Source: the human T2T-CHM13v2.0 reference genome, Homo sapiens
Reading direction: 5' to 3' (one strand)
Assembly (NCBI RefSeq): GCF_009914755.1
Contig: NC_060931.1
Length of the DNA: 64,000 nucleotides
The notes beneath the pieces are model-generated. The model had not been told where the DNA came from. It did not search any database and worked only from the letters and a program-made list of their open reading frames with translations. The translations under genes were made by a program, and so were the position numbers. Positions within the stretch are counted from its first letter, which is position 1. Every line of letters begins with the position of its first letter. Below are positions 55,948 to 64,000 of this stretch, piece by piece.

Positions 55948-56075
55948 ATGAATTAAGGTGAGATTCAAACAGTAATTTTTCTTGGAATGTTGGGGTGATG
56001 GAAGACTTTTATACGTTTCACAAAATTCCAAATTTTCTACAATACATATGTATGTTTAACGTAAATCAATGTTAG

Positions 56076-57249
<1,174 letters not shown>

Positions 57250-57534
57250 AAAACATAAGAAATATGTCTTGCCTAAAATTTGTTTCTGACTTCTGCCTCT
57301 CAAGGGAAATACACTAGAGCAAACAAAAGCCAGAGAACTAACGTTTTGTTTTATTTTTCCTTGGCTGGAATCAACAGAGTAGCATCCTGTGAAAAAAAGG
57401 TATTATTCCTCGGATGCAAAATGGCAATGGACGTAGTTTAACAATAGCAGCAAAGGCATGGGTGTCTCACCTGTGCACTATATGCTGGGGCCTAATATGG
57501 TCAACAATAACACCATGCATTTGTAGAAAATTGC

Positions 57535-57740
57535 TGTTTTTCAAGGCATTTTCTTCTATCATCTTCCCCACAACTCTGGGAAGCAGGAAGGGCAAAAATC
57601 ATTATTTCTAGTTTGCAGAGACATCATAGGTCAGGAGAGGTTAAGCTGCTTTCTTCCAGTTGCGCACTTTAACAATGGCACAACCCAGACTAGTCTTCGC
57701 TCCCTGACTTCCCATAATTCTCTTTCTACCACACCGTGTG
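57535..57740 (-). mobile_element. MIR
   Basis: TCCCCACAAC.CT.GGAAG; TTTGCAGA; AGAGGTTAAG; CTCTTTCTACCACACC. Confidence 0.55.
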
Positions 57741-59294
57741 CACCTTGTAGTGTGACTGGCCTTTGTTATTATTCATCTTCATTATGCAACTTTGCAACAC
57801 AAATTGCAGGGAAACATATAGCTACAGTGCTAAGAATTATTTTCCAATGAGTTTTTAGACCTCAGAAAGTCTCTCGGGATCACTGGGCTTTGGTAGAATA
57901 AAACAGTACATTGAAAGGGGCAGGTTTGTGTAGGGTGCAGCAAACTATTAATATAACTTTATTCTTTTCTGTCATTGTTCCTCTAAATCCACTATTATTT
58001 TTTCAAATGTCACTGCTCTTGAGTGAATCTAATCACTTTTTTACTTTCTCCTGGATATTTAAAAAAAATTCCTCAAGTCCCATTAATCACATGCAAAGTT
58101 TGTTCATTTTCGTAATTAAAATGCCTGGTCCAGTTTAAATGCTAACTCTAAACTTGATTTAGGTTAAATATTTGTCCTTCCTTAGTTTGATATTGCTTCA
58201 AGCTAGGCAACCTTCAGTGAAGACAGAAGATGCGTACTGCAAAATCTCTGATTGCTTTTTGCTTCTTACCCACCCTCTATCCCCACATAGGGGGCTCTTG
58301 ATGGCTCCTGTCTGGAAGCATAAGTGGGGAAGTATGGAGTAAAATGGGGGGAGAAAGGAGTTTATTTAATGTCTCTCTGGGTTTAGCAAGTGTTCAAAGC
58401 TGACTTCCCTGCTTGGTGCTTTATTGTTACCCCCAAAATTCCCCACTGGAAATATCAGGTTCAACCTCCCTCAATTTGAGCAACATCCCCTCCTCCAGCC
58501 AGCCACTGAGGACAATCCCCTCTTCTCTGTATCTGAGGGTACCACCTTCAGCTTCCCTCTGCTGAGATAGCTTCTCTCTGAAAAGTAGCTCTCTTGGAGG
58601 AATTTTATTCTAAAATGATGGGCAGACCAACTCCTTCCCACGTAGCACTCACCCTATGTAAAGCAGAGACACCCCATCATCACCTTGCTGCTGGTGGCAG
58701 CTTAGCTGACTTTCCATGCAGACTTCTCTTTTCCCCTCCCATCAAGCAATCTCCTCTAGCCTCAATTTTTGGATATAAACTGCTGAGACCCACGATGAAA
58801 ATTTATTTCTTGTGTCCCCCAAATTGCAAGGGACATATCTCAAGCTCTTTGACTGAAAATCAAATCTCTCTCCCTTGTTTGGAAGTGAGAATAAAATACT
58901 CTTTTTCCTTTCTTTATGGGGGGGATGAGAGAAAATATCACAACCATTGTAAACTTTGACCCCTAAAAAACCCTTTCTGAGAAGAATCATAACTTCTTTT
59001 CTACAGCCTGGAAGAAGGAAGTAGGTGTCACCTATTTCCCTTTCAAATTCTGCATGGGTGGTCTAACGCTTCTTTGGAACGGTGTAATTAGTTGACCTTT
59101 ATTGTTTTCTTTTTGACTTTTGGGCCATTATAAAACCTAGACCAAAAAAAAAGCCCTCTTTTGTTTTTCTTCTTATATTTAGGAATCCACCTGAAAACTT
59201 GAAGGTATATGAAACCTGTGGGTTAGAAACCAGATTTTTTAGAAACTGTCCCTGGAAAAGCAGTGAATGCAAAGACAGCTCTAGACAAAAATGA

Positions 59295-59860
59295 AATATG
59301 ATTAATCTACGTTATGATGAAAGAGGGTCATTGTCATTCAAGAAAGACAGCACTAGAGAGGTATGAATGTTGTAGATGCCAGCATGAAATAACTTTTGTC
59401 AGACCCAGACAAAATAAGGCCAGAAAAGGAACGAAGGAGAAGGGGTACACATACTTGTATACCTCAAATAAGAACTATTTCCAAAGACTTTCTAAAAACC
59501 CCACAAGACTCTTCATGTCCTTCACACATCATCTACTTTGCATGGCTGGCACATTGCACAAGTGAGAAGGCTTATCACCAGACATTCTTTAGAATTGCAA
59601 TAATTCAGATAAGATGCTCTCAAAGAAACACTTGCCCAGTAACAGCATCTCTACCAATGAACTGATGATAATTCTGGCTTTGAGCCTCTAGAATCAATAA
59701 ACTCTGTTTCTGAGGAGCTTATGTGAACTTCTTGTTTTTGCTAATAAAAGCATTCCTTTACCTTGCCCTCTCCAGGTGCACTTGTGGTGTGCCACTCTGT
59801 GCATACTGAATTACAATCCCCCTTTCCCATTCCCAAATGAATACATATTTTAGAAAAAAA
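59295..59860 (+). mobile_element. ERV1-type solo LTR (MER34-like)
   Basis: AACTCTGTTTC...AGCTTATGTGAACTTC...AATAAAAGC segment; family assigned from memory. Confidence 0.55.
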
Positions 59861-60059
59861 AAAAAACAAAAAAAACCTTATTTTAACCTGGTTTCTTTTA
59901 CATCAATTTGTCAAAATATCACCATTTAATTTTATTAGGTGTTTCCATATAATAACATAAATATGTTTTGAAAACATACATATACACCTTTAACCCTTTA
60001 CCCTCAAATGCCTCTCCACACATTTGCTTCTGCTCATTGACGTCTATCTAGAAACATAA

Positions 60060-60233
60060 CTATCATTACCTATAAACTGGATGCATTACCTAGGGAGCTG
60101 TTAAAGTATACTGATGCCCAGGCCCCACCCCAGCTCAGCGAAATCAGAATCTCTGGAGATTGGAAATGGTCTTGGATATTTTTTAAAAATTTCCCACCTG
60201 ATTTCAATATACGTCTAAAGTTGAGAATTGCTG
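60060..60233. mobile_element. MER5A/B
   Basis: GATGCCCAGGCCCCACCCCAG...AATCAGAATCTCTGG...AGTTGAGAA. Confidence 0.78.
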
Positions 60234-60574
60234 TTATAAGAACTCAATGCTGGGATGCAACTTAAAGCTTATCTACATTCAATCTTTTCATCTATACATG
60301 TTAGAAAGCATAAGCTACATTTTTCTTAAGTGATTCTGGTTCTTGACCTCCTCAACCCAGGTGGAATCATAATTCAGAAAAATTCGAAGCATACGGGGAT
60401 AAAGAAAGAAGGAAGGTGACCAGCTACCTGCCCGCTGGTGCTTATTCTGCCACTGCACTTGGAGATTGGCTTTTGACTCATGCGGCGGCAGAAGGGAGAT
60501 GGAAAAATAGATTTTTATTTCTGAATATTTGCTAATAAGATATAAATACCTCTCATATATGAGCTGCAAAAAAG

Positions 60575-60785
60575 CAGGTGTATGCTGGAGCGAGGTCATA
60601 ATAGCTCAGGAGGGACAACTGTTAAATTTTCGGGAATTTTGAAAGCCAATTGTTATTATGTTGGTAGCTTGAAATTGGCCATATTGGGATTATTTACACC
60701 ATAGAAATTAGTAAATGCTACAAATCAGGGCTCCCTTCTCCCTCCTGAGAGAACTAACTGTGAAACATTTACCAGCAAAGCACTG
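60575..60785. mobile_element. MER63A-like (hAT-Blackjack)
   Basis: Termini CAGGTGTATGCTGG / CCAGCAAAGCACTG; TTGGTAGCTTGAAAT.GGCCAT core. Confidence 0.75.
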
Positions 60786-60999
60786 GATGTAAGTATTGAA
60801 AGATAATTATCAGACTGTCCTTAGTTTTAAAGCTTAAGGCAAGCCATAGGAGGCTTTGCAGCTGGCTGGTTCCGTTTCCTTAACAAATCTGATAGAAGTT
60901 ACCTCCTGGATAAGATTTTTATAGGACTGGAAAAGAGGGAAACATAAACCAATGTTTATTCTAATAAACTATGTGCTCACACATGTAGATCTACTAACG

Positions 61000-61660
61000 T
61001 ATATTTATCATAATATAATATATAATGATATTATAATATAATATATAATATATATAATGATATTGTAATATAATATATAATATAATATATGATATTATAA
61101 TATAATATATAATATAATATATAATGATATTATAATATAATATATAATGATATTATAATATAATATATAATGATATTATAATATAATATATAATATAATA
61201 TATAATGATATTATAATATAATATATAATGATATTATAATATAATATATAATATAATATATAATGATATTATAATATAATATATAATATAATATATAATG
61301 ATATTATAATATAATATATAATATAATATATAATGATATTATAATATAATTTAATATATAATGATATTATAATATAATATATATATAATATATTATATTA
61401 TGTGATATATATTATATATCATATATGATATATATTATATATCATATATGATATATATTATATATCATATATGATATATATTATATATCATATATGATAT
61501 ATATAATATATGATATATATTATATCATATATATTATATATCAATAATATATATATCATAATATATATAATATATATCATAATATAATATATTATATATA
61601 TTATGATAAATATAATATATTATATATATTATGATAAATATAATATCCATAATATAATAT
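61000..61660. repeat. ~660-bp AT-rich compound minisatellite
   Basis: (ATAATGATATTATAATATAATAT)-like units, then (GATATATATTATATATCATATAT)-like units. Confidence 0.95.
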
Positions 61661-62380
61661 CCATCTTCTACATTTTCCCAATCTGTGCATGAGAAAGCTG
61701 TGTTTTTGTTGTTTTGGTTTGTTTTGTTTTGTAAATGCCATTTTTACTCCTTAAGTTGTTGGTGTGGGAATATGCTTAGCTAATTTTTAAAACTGTTTTT
61801 AGTAAATGATGGTTAAACAGCATTTATCCTTCTCCGTAAAGATTTATGTTAGGAGAATATATTATGCAGAATTGTAATACTTTGTAAGAACCTGTCTGCT
61901 CTTACAAACAAGAAGACACATAATGGGGGCTGTGTGGAAGCATCCTGAGGTAGTTGATTGTTTATCTATCATTTCTTTCAGCATTTTCTCTTCCATTGAA
62001 TAAACTAACAACATGAAGTTAGCTTAGATAATCCAAATACTCAACAAGACCAAAGAGCCAGGTAGTGTCAGCTGTTTAACATGCCAGTAATCATAACTGT
62101 TATCCATCTTGCTAGCAGATTAAAAATAAATAAGTAAAATTAAAAAATATCTTGGCCTTGAGTTTATTAAACTTGAATACTTCATAATTCCTAGAGTTCC
62201 CCACTTCCAGCAAACATCAAGCAGCTGCTATGCCCATGTCCTCCTGCCTATGCCTTCTCTTCACACTGTACCTGCTCCTCTGGCTCTACAAATCCCACAT
62301 GTCAGTCCTTAAAGGACAACAAAATGATCCCCACTTCACTGGCCCAGTCTTTTCGGTGAGTGTTCCATGATTCATGACTT

Positions 62381-62808
62381 GGTGGTTTAGTTTGGATATT
62401 TGTCCCCACCCAAATCTTATGTTGAATTGTAATCCTCAATGCTGGAGGTAGGGCCTGGTGGGAGGTGTTTGGATCATGGGGGTGGATCCCTCATGACTTG
62501 GTGCTGTCTTTATGGAAGTGGGTGAGTACTCAAAAGAACTGGTTGCTTAAAAGTGTGTGGCATCCCCGTACCCCACTCGCTTTCTCTCTAGTTCCCACTC
62601 CTGCCATGTGAGATGCTTGCTCCTCCCTAACCTTTCAGCATGACTGTAAGCTTCCTGAAGCCCTCACTCAAAACTGAGTAGAATGCTGGTGCCATGCTTC
62701 CTGTACAGCCTGCAGAACCATGATCCAATTAAACCTTTTTTCTTATAAATTACCTGGCCCCAGGTATGTTAGAACACCTAAAATAGCAATGCAAGAACAG
62801 CCTAATAC
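62381..62808 (+). mobile_element. MSTA/MSTB MaLR solo LTR
   Basis: GTTTGGATATTTGTCCCC...CAAATCT.ATGTTGAATTGTAATCC; CTTCCTGTACAGCCTGCAGAACCA; end CAGCCTAATAC. Confidence 0.88.
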
Positions 62809-62894
62809 TCTTGGTTATGAATTTCACCTCCATATCTTTTATCCTACCCTCTGGACCCAATTAAAATTTATCATTCCTGTGATTCCCATCCCTT

Positions 62895-63030
62895 CAAGGA
62901 CTTATGTGACAATATGGTCATTAACCAAAACATAAGTTCAATGCTTCATCTGTATAATGTGGTATTAATATTTGCATTTGTAACAGAGGACTTCCTGGAA
63001 CAGGCAATGATTAATTCAATACATCTATGT
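62895..63030 (+). mobile_element. MIR fragment
   Basis: TATGTGAC...CTTCATCTGTATAATG. Confidence 0.5.
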
Positions 63031-64000
63031 AAAGGCTGAGAATTTCAAATAAAATCATAGAGAAGAATGCTGGAGCAATCTGGCGGCAATGGCCATTTGG
63101 TAGCACCCATTAAAATCACATCCAAAGTGGAGGAAGTTCACTTCACATTTCTCTAAAGGAAATCCTTGGTAAACATTCCAATAGAGGATAGGGTCTTTGG
63201 TAAGATGAATTCTTACCATTTAATATGTTTGCCACTTTATTTAAACTGCATCTGCGACCGTATATTCATATATTCAGCTTTTGAGCCTGGCATATGATAG
63301 AATAGAGAAACTACAAGGTTTTGTTAGGTCACCTTACTCAGTTCCCACCCAGCATATACATTGGACTATAACTAGAAATCTCCTAGATATTCGAATCCTA
63401 TTTCTTATATCGAACAGCCAGTTGATGTATATTGTACACCCAATCCTATTTTTATTTAGGAAGAATCATTAATGATATGAGGAAATTTTTAAGATATAAT
63501 AAATAAAAAGAGCCAATGTTCATAATTGTTATTTTGGATTATAACTACTAAAAGAGGGAGGGGCAGGCATTACCTCTTGATGGTGTGATTACAGGTTAGT
63601 AATGTTTATTCTACCTTCTTTTTAAACATGAACACGGGATGTGTGCATAAATATCATTTTTATTTTAAAAGAAAAGTTATTTAAGATAAATTCTCAATCA
63701 TGGGCTCTTTATAATCCATTTAACTATCAAGCCTTATATAAATTAGTCAACATGACTCATGCATAATGAGCTGAGCTTTACGTATCTGTGGGGTGTTGTT
63801 TATGAACTTAGGGGAACACTTGTTGCCTAAAATTTTTTCTATAAACTCATTCACATCTGGCATCCTTTTAATGAAGGACCAGTTAGTTTTTTCTGTATTT
63901 AGGGCAACTAATGTCCAGTCACAGTATCACAGAGAGGCAAATAATAAATATCATATCCACACTGAAGGTCTGTTCTGAGTGCAAGAAGGAATTGGGTTTT

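Noticed and set aside
58110-59200. 121-aa ORF (58594-58959) or an old LTR-like segment
   Set aside because: The ORF starts at TTG and resembles no protein I know. The region may be an old LTR, but I cannot assign it reliably.
61000-61660. CRISPR-like or coded repeat array
   Set aside because: Low-complexity slippage repeat with no unique spacers, in eukaryotic DNA.
63751-63761. AP-1 palindrome CATGACTCATG
   Set aside because: A single short motif is expected by chance in 64 kb.

Overview
Primate (hominid-like) AT-rich, apparently gene-free genomic DNA, mostly made of nested transposable elements. It contains three old + strand L1MA-type LINE-1s (~2511-16850, ~26143-30935, ~44773-53923) and several younger L1PA insertions: a full-length but dead L1PA2/3 on the - strand (9956-15985), 5'-truncated copies at 31338-33892 and 56085-57249, a twin-primed copy at 5070-5750, an L1PA7-like copy at 48464-51505, and some fragments. 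There are also Alus, MIRs, L2, MaLR/ERV LTRs, Tigger/hAT DNA transposons and AT-rich simple repeats. All long ORFs are L1 ORF1/ORF2 remnants and no host protein-coding gene is recognisable. I cannot support a new biological system here. The notable signals are traces of recombination and repair: (1) a 114-bp perfect-identity patch from the old L1PA7 copy inside the young full-length L1 38 kb away, which looks like ectopic gene conversion; (2) two independent L1s breaking at the same nucleotide and losing nearly the same ~0.6 kb; (3) a mosaic L1PA2 with non-matching flanks; (4) a perfect 21-bp hairpin; (5) a 44-bp locally templated insertion; (6) a two-tailed Alu. Repeat family names come from recalled consensus sequences, not from a database search.
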